A stretch of 64,000 nucleotides of DNA from Bigelowiella natans CCMP2755 (lineage: Eukaryota > Protista > Cercozoa), in the NCBI GenBank assembly GCA_000320545.1, contig ADNK01002373.1:2690-66689 (forward strand), given 5' to 3'. Of this stretch, positions 1 to 15,723 are shown one piece after another. A program made the translations under genes and the position numbers. The notes beneath the pieces were generated by a model, which was given only the letters and a program-made list of their open reading frames with translations, was not told the origin of the DNA and did no database searches. The first letter of the stretch is position 1. Every line of letters begins with the position of its first letter.

Positions 1-54
1 ACAACTTTGCCTTTACCATCATCATCTTCTTCATCATTATTATCATCATAACAG

Positions 55-300
55 GCACTATGAGCAAGCTCGATCGTTGGCCAAAAGATGGCAGTATCAT
101 GCTTGGTACTTACGAGTCAGTTTGGAAAAGCTGAGCTCTCCATCAGATGCGCTTGTTTACATCTCTACGCTGCCTCCATCGCTACAGGTACTACTACTAC
201 TAGCACTATTACTACTAGTTGGTGGTGGTAAGGGTTGTAAGTTTATTATTATTGTTAGTAGTAGTATTCGTAGTAATATTTGTGTCGTCAGATAGATAGC

Positions 301-332
<32 letters not shown>

Positions 333-1030
333 CTACCATCATCAGCATCATCATCACCATCGTCATGATCATCATTATCATTAAATATCATCATGATTAT
401 CTAATCAATAACAATAAAATAGAGCGAATTTCTGGGTAAGTATGGCAAGACTTTGATAGAGGAAGATGCTAAAACTACAACCAGACTACTTTCAAATATT
501 TGTGGCAAAAAGGTGAGATGTGATAGGATGCGGAGAGAAGTAAGCCTATTGAATATGGGACTTATGATGATGATGATGATGATGATGACGATGATGATGA
601 TGATGATGACGATGATGATGATGCGTGTTGGTTGTTGATTCTCGGTATTTCTCATTGTTTCAATAATCATATTGAGTAGACTGAGAGGAAACTACGTCCA
701 AAAGCTGACAAGTTTCTGCACATTTTCCTTGGAGAACCCAGGTAGTAGTTGATGGTAGTAGTAGTAGGCAGGTATTGTAGTCATCATCATCATCGTTTCA
801 ACTGAACCACCACACGTCGTGTACCTCATCATCAGACGATTCTTGGATTTTCTCAAAAAAGTTGTTGAGGAGGTGACAATCAATAATAGAAGTGCTTCTT
901 GTTTTTCTCTTAATTTTTCCTCCTCCCTATTGCCGCATTGATGAAAGAGTGGATGATATCATGATGATAATGATGATGAGAATGATTGTGTGTGTGTGTG
1001 TGTGTGTGTAATATGGGCTTATTAATTTCA

Positions 1031-1070
<40 letters not shown>

Positions 1071-1790
1071 ACTGTAGGTCCCGAATCAAAGCGCTGTAGT
1101 TTACAATACGTTGTTGGATCTATATCTCACTGTGCACCTATATGATGATGATCATCATCCTTCTTCTTCCTCCTCCAAGCATCGCGTCGAGGTTGGCGAT
1201 CAAGGTCTTGATTCAGAAAAATCATCATCACCGTCTTCTATATTATGATCATCATCATCATTATCATCTATTATCATCATCATATTACTTACATCTCCAG
1301 CAGACCCTCTTCGTAAAGGGGTGGTAGCAAAAGCAGGCAAACACGATGACACTAAGCTTACTCCACAACAGGTGTAGTAGTAGTGCAATAACATCTTATG
1401 GTTGTGCTAAATTTCTAATAGCCCATGTATTATGTCAACATCATCACCATCATCATCATCATCATCATCATCCTAATCATGCGTCTAGATCGAAGAAAGA
1501 GAGGCAAATTTCCAGAAAGCTATGCTGGTGAACAACATCTATCATCCCTGTTATCATCATCATCAACAATAGCATAATCGCTCTTTCCTTTGCAATATGC
1601 TGCTGATGATGATGATGACTCATTTTCATATTCGTGATCATTGTGTAAGATGTGTGTTGTAATATATGTATGTTGGTGTTTAGTTGCTGAAAAGTCAACA
1701 GGCGTGTTACGACGTCAACCAAGCTCTCGTATCAGCAAAAATACACAAGTTTGAGAAAGGTGTGTGCCTACTGCAGTGGGATGTAAATAG

Positions 1791-1836
<46 letters not shown>

Positions 1837-3797
1837 GCTTTATTACAAGCACCTGCTTATCGCTACTATTATCATCATCATCATCAGCAGCAGCAGCAGC
1901 AGCATAACACTCTCGATATTACGTGTGCATGTTGTTGATGGATGATGATGTATACGTGTGCATGCTGTCACATTCCTTTGGTAAATTGTTACGTAATGTT
2001 GTTGTCTTTGCTTTTGCTTTTGTCAACGAAAAGGAATGATCTATTTGTACGAAAAACTGCGTTTGTTCGGTAAGAAATGGGTTGTTTGTGGTCGTGATGA
2101 TGATGATGATACAGCATAGTTAATTTAGTACTATCCCTTCTTATGGGTTGTTGATATACAAATAATGTGGGAATGTGTTACTAGTTGTTGATGGATGATG
2201 ATGTATACCACATGTATGAATATGAATCCAATCAGGTGAAATACTGCAGTATTACATGGAGACTGGCAATCACAAGCGTTTAATACGTGCTTGTGTAAAT
2301 CATGGAACCACAGACCCTGATCTATGGGTTCAGGTAAATGTCATTACTATTACTACTACTAGTAGTAGATGCTGCTGATGATGATGAAGAAGAAGAAGAA
2401 GAAGAAAACACGGAAATATTAGCAAAGGCAAGAGCAAGTATTTTGCTTAGGAGAAGAGGAAGTTGTTGTCCTTTCTTCCTCGCTCCCCTTTCAAGAAGCT
2501 TAGTCGTATATTCATTCTTATTGATAAATGACCCCCCCCCTTCTCTCTTTCTCTCTTTCTCTCGTTATGCACAACCAGGCACTGAAGTACTTCGCTGAGC
2601 ATGAAGATCCCTGTGAGGTAGAGAGTGCAGATTCTGCTGCTGCTATTGCTACTGTGTGAGAGAGAATTACTACTTACTACTACTAGAAGTAGCAGTCTTT
2701 GCTACTGCTGCTGTACATAGGCACTGATGATACTCTCCTCCATATGCTCTTACTATTATTAACAAATGACATTTTGAATATTGCTTCAGGACGAGATCGC
2801 ACAGGTAACATACGAAGAAAGCAGTCAGTAATTTTGTCTTATTGCGTTGATAGAAATGAGAGAAAAAATAATAGAAACAGCATGAAAACATGATGAATGG
2901 CCAATATTGGGGAGAATGAGATGAAGATAGAGATTGCAATGCAAGGGGGGGGGGGATCTAGATACTTATCTAGTATGTATGAGGAAAATGACGATGAAGA
3001 AGAGAGACTTATCTATTATGTGTGAGGAATTAGATACTTTTCAAACCAAACATTTCTTTATCCAGGTGCGGTCCACTAGTGCTACTATATCATGATCTTT
3101 CTTCTTCTTTTTCTTCTTCTCACATTATTGTCATTATACATTTGTTTATAATGTTGTTGTTGTTCAGGTTCTAGAGCACATCGAGGATCCCAAGATACAG
3201 CTAGCCCCTCTGATGGTTGTACTCTCTTGTACTGCTGCTGCTGCTGCTGCTGATGCTTGAAACAAGGACTGCTACGTACATAATACACGATGCTATTAAA
3301 ACACACACACACACATATATATTTATGTGTGTGTGTGTGTGTGTGTATTACTCTAATGACTACTATTATCGCAATGATGACTGACTGACCTGCTTCTAGG
3401 TGCTTCAAATCTTGTCGTCACACGCAAAGAAACCCTTCGGTGTAATCAAAGACTACGTGATCCGCATATTGCAGGTTTTTAATTACTACTTGACATCATA
3501 TTGGCATATTGATTTGAACATGCCAATATTCTTCATCGTTTTTTCCTTCATAGCCATATTATCATCATCATCATTATCATCATTATCATTCCCCACCGCG
3601 TTCTTAACCAAAGTTGCCACTGACTACTATTACTACTATTACTTTTAACTACTTCAATAGAGAGAAAAGGACCAGATCGAAGAGGATGAGAAGGCTATTG
3701 AAAAATTCCAACATGAAACATCAACAATGCGAAAAGAGGTGCTGTTCACACTAAGCGGCATGCTGTTTTTGATGTCAGGAGGCACAAATGGAAGATT

Positions 3798-3831
<34 letters not shown>

Positions 3832-3905
3832 CGTTGATGATGATGATAATCGGATTCATAGTTGTCCGTAATTTTGAAGTAAATTCTCATAATGTTATTT
3901 TACTA

Positions 3906-3939
<34 letters not shown>

Positions 3940-4293
3940 GTACTACTACGACTAGAACCAATGTTCCTATTCCTAGTAAATTAAAGTATCAAAAGTTGAT
4001 TATTGGCAGCCACTCACAAATAGTTTAGTCTGTAGTTGTTGTCCTCTCCTCATCGTATTTTTCTTGTCACCAGATCGAAGATTTGACAACAAAGCCGACG
4101 ACATTCATGCCATCGCGAGATCTGATGCTTCCTGCTGTTCACTTCCTATGCAAGCATTCGTACCACGAGCAGGTAATTAAGTGCGTCAGTGCGTGCATGC
4201 GTGTGAGAGAGAGAGGCGCATACTTAGTAGTGATAGAAATGGTAGTATTAGTAGTAGTAGCTATGATGCAAATCATAGCGTTGTTTACCCCAT

Positions 4294-4326
<33 letters not shown>

Positions 4327-4353
4327 CATACTTGAGGATGATGATTATGACGA

Positions 4354-4386
<33 letters not shown>

Positions 4387-4804
4387 AGTGCTGCTACATA
4401 GTCAGTGCTACTTATCCTGCTGTCCTCATGGGCCCTTTCTTGCTGCTTCGATGTCCTTGCGTCGTTCTATCTGTTACTGTGTGCTTTCAGGTGATTGGAA
4501 GCCGTGAATGTCCTAAGTGTGCCCCTGAGTATCGTTCAGTCATGGAGATTAAGGTGATAATCATGATAATAATAATAATGATGATGATGATAATGGTAGT
4601 GGTGGTGGTGGTGGTCACGTGTACGTGGTCTCTTCCGGGGTTTCACAGATAAACATTGACACTGATCATTTGGCATAATGTTTTGTTGTTGTATCGATCA
4701 GGAACAAGTGCGACAAAGCGCTTCGCAGCATGAGCTATTCTTCAAGATGCTGGTATGGAACCAATCACTGTTATTCTGATAGAATAATATATATAATAAT
4801 AATT

Positions 4805-4856
<52 letters not shown>

Positions 4857-5002
4857 TATTATATACATATATTGTGGTAATCATCGTCGTTGTTCTGCTG
4901 GTTTGTTTCACATAATAATAGGAGGGTTCCAATGACGGTTTTGGTGTAGTGGCAGAATACTTTGGGCGAGGAATCTTAGATTTCGAAAAGAGCGAAGATT
5001 AG
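55..5002 (+). CDS. VPS11: Vacuolar protein sorting 11 (HOPS/CORVET core), C-terminal part, multi-exon; 5' end outside window
   Basis: Spliced exons give HYEQARSLAKRWQYHAWYLRVSLE, VVYNTLLDLYL, GMIYLYEKLRLF, DPDLWVQALKYF, LPAVHFLCKHSYH (4074-4172), ECPKCAPEYRSVMEIK (4491-4553) and EGSNDGFGVVAEYFGRGI...* (4922-5002). These are the characteristic VPS11 clathrin-repeat, RING and VPS11_C segments, with GT-AG introns in consistent phase. Confidence 0.95.
188..4920. repeat. Microsatellite-laden introns (representative span: VPS11; same in ankyrin, TBC, ARS2, EGF, TMF1, G-alpha)
   Basis: (TA)n, (GT/CA)n, (CT/GA)n, (GAT/CAT)n, (GTA/CTA)n, (CAG)n and (CTT)n tracts occur in most introns. Confidence 0.95.
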
Positions 5003-5349
5003 TAATTTCTTTACCACGAGTTGGTTCTCAATAAAAGTATGCATAGATGGCAGGGTAGTTGCATACAAGTTTCTCCCACCATACTGCGTGAATGTCGACT
5101 AATGATGTACATGCCAATACATGTGATCTGGATGTTGTAAAACTGTGTCTAGTGCGTACACAAAGTAGTCCTCGCTGTATGCTAGTACGTACCACACGCG
5201 GAGCGTCGCAGTGCACTGAAGCACCAGACTCATGAACATTAGTGTTGTTGCTAGACATACCATCATTGTTTGGCTGTGCATCATTGCGAAGATAACAAGC
5301 CATGAATTTTTCATGAGATTCGAACGTTCAAAATGAAGCGTACGCGGCG

Positions 5350-6940
5350 GATCGACAACGACGACACATTGCAGACCGCGGGCACAAACATGCAACAAAC
5401 ACGACAGGCCAGTGCGTAGCTCGATCATGGATCGGACAAAGTTGTGCATCATGACCCATGCTCATCACAGACAAAGTCACATCGTGTGTGTGATGTGTGT
5501 GCATTGCATGTCTAGCTAGCATTCTCTAGATTCTGCTAGCATCATTTGGCTAGCGCAGCGCAATGACTCAGATGCGTGCGCGGCACATGCTAGCGCTAGC
5601 TAGCATGCCTGCGTGGTGCGTGGGTGTGTCTGAAGTGCATGCCAAGATCTGGAGATGTGGCACACCATGGCACACATGCCATCCTGGCATGCGCTAGTGC
5701 GCTAGACGATCTAGATGCTGGCGCATCTGGAGCATGCTGGCATGGCATGAGCATGCACACTTGCATCGTGCGTGTGTGCACGTTGCAAACGATGTCAGGT
5801 GTGTCCAAAGTCAAACACAGCTAGCCAGCTGGTCAACCAGACAATGCAGCATCGCTGGATCGTGTGCGCATCAGGTCGCGATTGATCAAAGAGGAAGTCC
5901 CTTCCAGAATCGAACTGCGACGAATCACTGCGATGGGTCCTTCCCTTCATTCGCCCATCCTCTGGTCGCCAAAATGAACGAAGAATCAATCAGTTCCAGT
6001 GCAAGTTGCAGCTGAGAGGATCACCAGTTGGGGAGTGGTCCATGGCTAGATGGGTCCTCAATTGGCGGCCCATGACCTTGAATTCCCCTGGTCCTCAATG
6101 CGCCCCAGACACCATGTGGAGATCGCAGAACATTGAACATTGAACATTGAAGAAGCATTGATGCAAACCACACGAGCAAGAACCACATGAGAGACATCAA
6201 TGAACAATGAACAATGAACATTGATGAAAAACTGCACCTCCAAAGTGTGACATGACACTTGCAAAGTGCGAAATGCAGTGCCTCGAACTGGCTTCAGTGA
6301 GGACTGACTAGCAAGCTAGCGGGGATCGTGCAAAATGGCACGAACCAAACATTGAATGCATCATCACTGACAGCTACGACCAAGGCATCAACAACAATGA
6401 ACAATGATGATGAACAATGAACAATGAACAATGAAGAAAGCGTTGATCAAAACTGCGTGCGCCAGAACCACATGGGAGACAGGCATTTGCACGCAGCAGA
6501 GCCTCAACAACACTCGTTGCAAGGACTTGACAAAAAATCAGCCGCATCCCATGAAATTGGCATGGATGCCGATTGATGGTGCCGTTGAGATGTGAATTGA
6601 TTGGAACTAAAACTGGCATCTTGGATGCCGAACAGCAGCAAAATTGTCAAGCAGGACAATGGTTCGACGGAAAGCCCTGTCGATTTCTTTGTCAGTCGAA
6701 GGGACACCAGATGTGGCCCCCAAAGCAAGGCAGAACTTGTCATGGGAAGACATGGCTGAGAAAGCACGCAACGTGACCACATCATCATTGGCATCAGGTT
6801 GATGACGAGACACCAGGTGACGAATCCTGGTCCAAAAACGGTCTCTGATGTCGCACGTTCCTTGGCAGGAGAACAAAAGGTGCATCAGGGAACTACATTT
6901 CCAAAGTGTTGCAAGACTCTGATGTGCTTTTTGGCAGCAA
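5350..6940. other. TpA-depleted, CATG/TGCA/CTAG-rich intergenic island, probably containing decayed repeats
   Basis: By-eye count is 7 TA in 5821-6900, all preceded by C. In 5350-5830 nearly all TA are in CTAG. Confidence 0.85.
6129..6480 (+). repeat. (AACA[A/T]TG)n heptamer arrays within a diverged ~67-bp duplication (6129-6195 vs 6413-6480)
   Basis: Three heptamer arrays. Both duplicate copies run from the array through gaagaa-gc.ttgat to agaaccacatg.gagac. Confidence 0.8.
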
Positions 6941-7079
6941 TCTAATGGGTGAAAATTGTACAAATTCCATTGGATTTCTCACCTACGACAAGCTCGTGTT
7001 TTAAGACTTTAACAAGAAAATCCTAGTAGCGCTACTAGTCTATCTACCACTACTCTTTGGATCATTTCGTATCGCAAGG

Positions 7080-10926
<3,847 letters not shown>

Positions 10927-10999
10927 ACGTAAGCTGTTAATTCCATAGTTAAAGAGTAGTAGTGGTGGTACTAGCAGTTTGTAGCAGTAGCACAAACGT

Positions 11000-11033
<34 letters not shown>

Positions 11034-11164
11034 CAGTACGGATACCGTACGCATGCATGGCTAGATGGGCTATTATTAGTAGTACAAAGAACGAAACCCC
11101 CTACTATCTTACACCCAGCTCACTGCTGTATAGCTGTGCTACTATTGTCATCTTAATAGATATG

Positions 11165-11222
11165 AGACGGATGTAATGATATGATTAAATCTTTTTAATT
11201 GTCATCCTAATGTACAGCTCTA
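11165..11222 (-). mobile_element. Extremely truncated second copy of the same retroelement 3' end
   Basis: 11161-11214 aligns with 34607-34659 and encodes YIRMTIKKI* versus YIRMTIEKI*. Both copies share the terminus AGACGGATGT. Candidate TSD AGATATG at 11158-11164 and 11223-11229. Confidence 0.75.
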
Positions 11223-11958
11223 AGATATGGGTGCATGGTTTTGTACGCAGCAATACACAACCCTTCCATGCTATACATGGTGCGTCTAAAAAAGTACAAA
11301 TTAGTAACGTCAGACATTTTAGGCAGTGCATGCATGCATGTGCCGAACTAGCTAGCTAGGGCAGCAGTAGTACGCATTATCACAGTATTATGCGATTGCC
11401 GTCAATAGAGCTGCTGCTGCTGATGTGTGAAGTAGTGTCCTAGCGTCCTAGCGCAGCTACGTACGGATCTTGATGATGCTCCGATCGATTGCATTGCAAA
11501 CTGCATGAATAAAGTGAGAATAATGCTAATTTTCATACTGAGCCTCGTATATTACAGAAGCAAGAACATAGATGTACGCAGCAGGTATAGATGCAATGGC
11601 ATATATCCAGATCGACGGATGTGTGCTATACCACGTGCGTCTACAAGACGTATATGCATGATGCGTACGTACCATGTGACTTTGTTGAATGGAGAGTTTG
11701 CGATTTGTTTCATAATAACGTTGCAATGAACACAAAGTAGGCAGTGGCAATCAACACAGTAGCAGAATATCATTTCCCGGCTACTGCTTTCCTTCATTCC
11801 TAGATCTCCACACCTTCTGGACCTTATTTGTTGGTTCCGGAGACGTCATTCTTAGAACAATCTAGAATCCTCTTCTGCATTACCGCAGCAGCCAAATTGT
11901 GTTGATCATCATTAGCTATCTTGAGATCTTCTTCTTCCTCGCAGTTGCGCCCACCATC

Positions 11959-13284
11959 TTAGGATATTGACCTATCATCATCACACTTTTTCCGTCGCTG
12001 GATATCCTGTATGAGTAATATCAAAGTTTTAAAAAACAGGAGCAGACATCAGCATCAAATTAGCAGTTTACTACAATCTTACTACAACTATAACTACTAC
12101 AGCCTGTTGTATTCTTGCATCATCATTCATTTGTTTATATTGTAAGAGACTCATACACATTTATTGATGAGAATGAGGGTGATGATGATGATAGCGCGGA
12201 ATGAAAAGTCAGGTTCCCCTTGTTAACAGCATCGTGATGGACTCAAGTCAATGAACGAATTATTGCATCATCATCATCATCATGATAATCATCATCGTGA
12301 CCGCGGCTAGTCGTAGAGAGCTGATCCAGACATGCTTGCTTGCTTCAGAATCAGCGGAGATGTACAAGATGACATCATTAGAGGAGTTACTGGAAATCAC
12401 GTGCTTTATGTCATCGTCTCCCCTCATTTCTGCTACTATACGTCGTTGATCCCTCCCCGCTTCCATTCCCCAGCTCATCGAGAAGCAGAATCTCTGTAGT
12501 AAGTAAAGGTGAGAAGACGACACAAAGAAGATAATAATACTAATTAGCATCAACCAAAGGATTACACCCCCCCTGCCCTCTCTCTCTTATCTTGAAACAC
12601 ATTTGTAATCTCGTCAATATGTTTTAGTGTCTTCTTCTTTTTCATTTTCTCATTTTTACATGTTGCGGCAGTTGTTCTTACCTGCTCAGAGTCAGCAGCA
12701 GCATTGATTTTGCAGTTGAGTAGTGAAATCTTTCGCGGCTCGCTCATAAATGACGACGGTGTTGACAATGATGGCGATGATGACGATGCAGTAGACTTGG
12801 GGGAATAACGTATAATACTAGCACGCTGCTGGTTCTGTGATGGTGGTTGGCGTTTATTCGTTGGAGTTGTATGATCCACTCTTTCTTTACGTGTATTGAT
12901 AGGGTGATCTTGATGGTGATGGTGATGAGAGAGTGACACATAAAAGTCATGTCCTTTCAGCTGAAACCATCGAAGGGAGTAACTAGCTTGGCACTCTTTC
13001 TCGAATATGTTACTAGCTTGTGGTGATGATGATGATGATGATGATGACCCCTTCTGCCCGCTGCAAATACTACTACTGCTGCTAGAACCAGCATTGCCTT
13101 TAGGAGGAACTACAACTGGCTTAGAAGACCATACCTGTTGTGCGGTATATGGTGATGATAATGATGATGATGATGATGATGATGATGGTGACGATGGTGA
13201 TGACAACGATGGTTTGATGATGACAACGACGGTGTGATAGTTGTTATCGGACGATTATCATGTGACATGCACAAGCATCATCAC

Positions 13285-13320
<36 letters not shown>

Positions 13321-13543
13321 TGCTATCACGACCTTAAGATAGCCCTTTACGCTCTGCGACATTGGGATGACGAGCTCATCAGCTTGCTCTGTCTGGAGCT
13401 GCTGCTGCTGCTGCTGCTTCTGCTGCTTTTGATGCAACAAGTTTATTTTGCCCCCCTCGATCTTATCTCGCTGTGTCTGTACTTTGACACTGTTTTCCTC
13501 TTTCTCTTCCCATCCCCCTTTTCTCTCCGTATCATTATTATCC

Positions 13544-13578
<35 letters not shown>

Positions 13579-14318
13579 CGGACTCTCCCCATGTTGTTGC
13601 TGTTGTTGTTGTATACGATCTTGCTGCTTTTGATAAATATTTTGTGCTTGCAATCGACTGCTGGCATAAGCGTCAATGCCGTTATCATCCCCCGTTCTTT
13701 CACTGTTGAATAACTTAGAATGGCCTACTCGAGAATTGTGGGAGGAGGGAGAAATCTTTGCTTCTTCATCTGATTGAGAACGACGGCTACTGTTAACCGC
13801 CTTGGCCTCATTAGTAACAGGAAGTAATGATAAAGTGGGGCTGGGGGTGGAAGATGGAGGAGGAGGAGGAGGAAGAAGCTTACTACTACTACAACTGTTG
13901 CTGCTTCTATCTTGTTCTTCTTCAAATTTTTCTTCCTCCCTAACAGGAGTAGGTTGCTGAGTCATCCACTTGACTAGTTGTCCAAACCATTTCTTGCTGC
14001 TGCTACTGCTTCTGCTGCTTTGTTGTTGCTGCTGCTTCTTCCGTTTGCTCATAAGTGAACGTGATGACGAGGTATGAGGAGCTTCTTGATGCTCCTGTTC
14101 CCGCTTATTCTTATCATTCCTCTTCTCATGCTGCACAACTGCTGCTGGTGCTGCTGGTGGTGATGCTACGTTGCCATTGTTCTTGATCCCATCTTGACTA
14201 CTTTCGCAACCACCATTTTGAGTAGAGCTTCTTCCTTTAAAAAGGAGGTTTGCCATACCCATACTTTGCAGAAATGACTTCTTCTTCTTACTCTTCCCTG
14301 CGCCACGAAAGTTCGTAG

Positions 14319-14353
<35 letters not shown>

Positions 14354-14405
14354 AATGAGTATGGCGCTGAATGAAGAGGAGACAGCCCAATTCCTGAGAC
14401 AGACG

Positions 14406-14436
<31 letters not shown>

Positions 14437-15680
14437 TGAGCTTGGACTATATTATATTTCAGCTAGCTGCCTGTATCAAAGCTGCTAGCAAAGTTTCTGC
14501 GATTGTTCTTCTTATTCAACATGTTTAGATGAAGGACAAGTACCTGCAGCTTTCTGTCTTGCTCTACGTAACGAGCTGTCGTCGAGAATGGGAGCAGCAT
14601 CAACTGCCTCAGAGGAGCTGTCAGCATGTGAAAATGATGTAAGTAAAATAATAATTCTTCAAGGGAGGAATCAAGAGAAAGAGTTTGTGTTGTGTTGCTC
14701 TTCCTATCTCATCATCATTATCGATGTCATCGTAACCGTCATCATCTCCATCATCATCATCATCATCGTCGTCACCTTTTATACTTCCCGTGCATTAGAT
14801 AGTATGCAAACCGAATGATTGGAGTAAAATCGTCCGTCTTAAAGAAGTAGAAGAAGAAGAAGAAGAAGAAAGAGAAGAGGCAGCAACAAGAGCGAGAACA
14901 TCTGTTATGAGGCAACGTAAGATCACACGAGAATACAACTTCGACTGAGACCCTCCATTATCCCTCTCCTCCCCCCTCCTCCTCCTCCTCCTCCTCCTCC
15001 TTCTCCTCCCTTAGCAGCTTCTTTGACTATTCATCTCCTTATGACATATGCATAGCTTCACGATGATATCAGTATTAGCTTATCATACCTCCGGATACTG
15101 TAAGAGGATGGCAAGCTTCATCACCTCGTCAGACTGACAAAATAATAATATAATAATAATAGAGTTGTTCATCATCATCATCATTCTCATCATCATCGTG
15201 TATATCATCATACGCATCAACCAATATCATTAACGAACAACGAGATCTATCTTCAAATTTAGTAGTAGCAGCACGACAATGATGAGGCAAAAACCACATA
15301 TACCAACAATCAAGATGAAGAATTATTATTCTTTTAATGGGTTTTCCTCCCCCCCCCTCTTTTCCTTCAAGTAAATAATGTCAGTCGAACATACATACAT
15401 ACATACCTGGATGATCGGTCTTCGTGCTGCCATGAGCATTGCTACGCAGAAGTGATCCAATGCATGCAAGGGTGAGCTTGTTAACAGCAAGAAGTCCCAC
15501 ACTCTGCAGCAAGTACAAGAGAAAGCAAGGGAGAGGAAAATTGAATAAGATTTTAGAGACAGGCATCTCAAATATGACAATACTATCATATATAAGCATC
15601 AGATTCTAACATTATTGTGCTTATTTTTGATAATTCCTACGATGTTGAGGATGGGTTAGAGAGGGGGGGAGAACAAGAAA

Positions 15681-15723
<43 letters not shown>

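Noticed and set aside
1034-1067. Microsatellite lengths clustering around 30-40 bp
   Set aside because: Could be k-mer collapse in a short-read assembly. It cannot be read as biology without long reads.
157-4915. Many short ORFs with poly-M/I/L/H/Y/T runs (throughout the window)
   Set aside because: They are translations of intronic microsatellites or antisense frames of real exons.
5028-6963. Clusters of overlapping H/C/M-rich ORFs in spacers (also 23380-24164, 59928-60437)
   Set aside because: Loss of TpA removes TAA/TAG stops and lengthens ORFs. No recognisable protein except the LINE fragment.
11959-11961. Possible stop-codon reassignment
   Set aside because: Conserved proteins end at TAG (VPS11, NudC), TAA (ARS2, TMF1) and TGA (G-alpha), and I found no in-frame stops in conserved exons.
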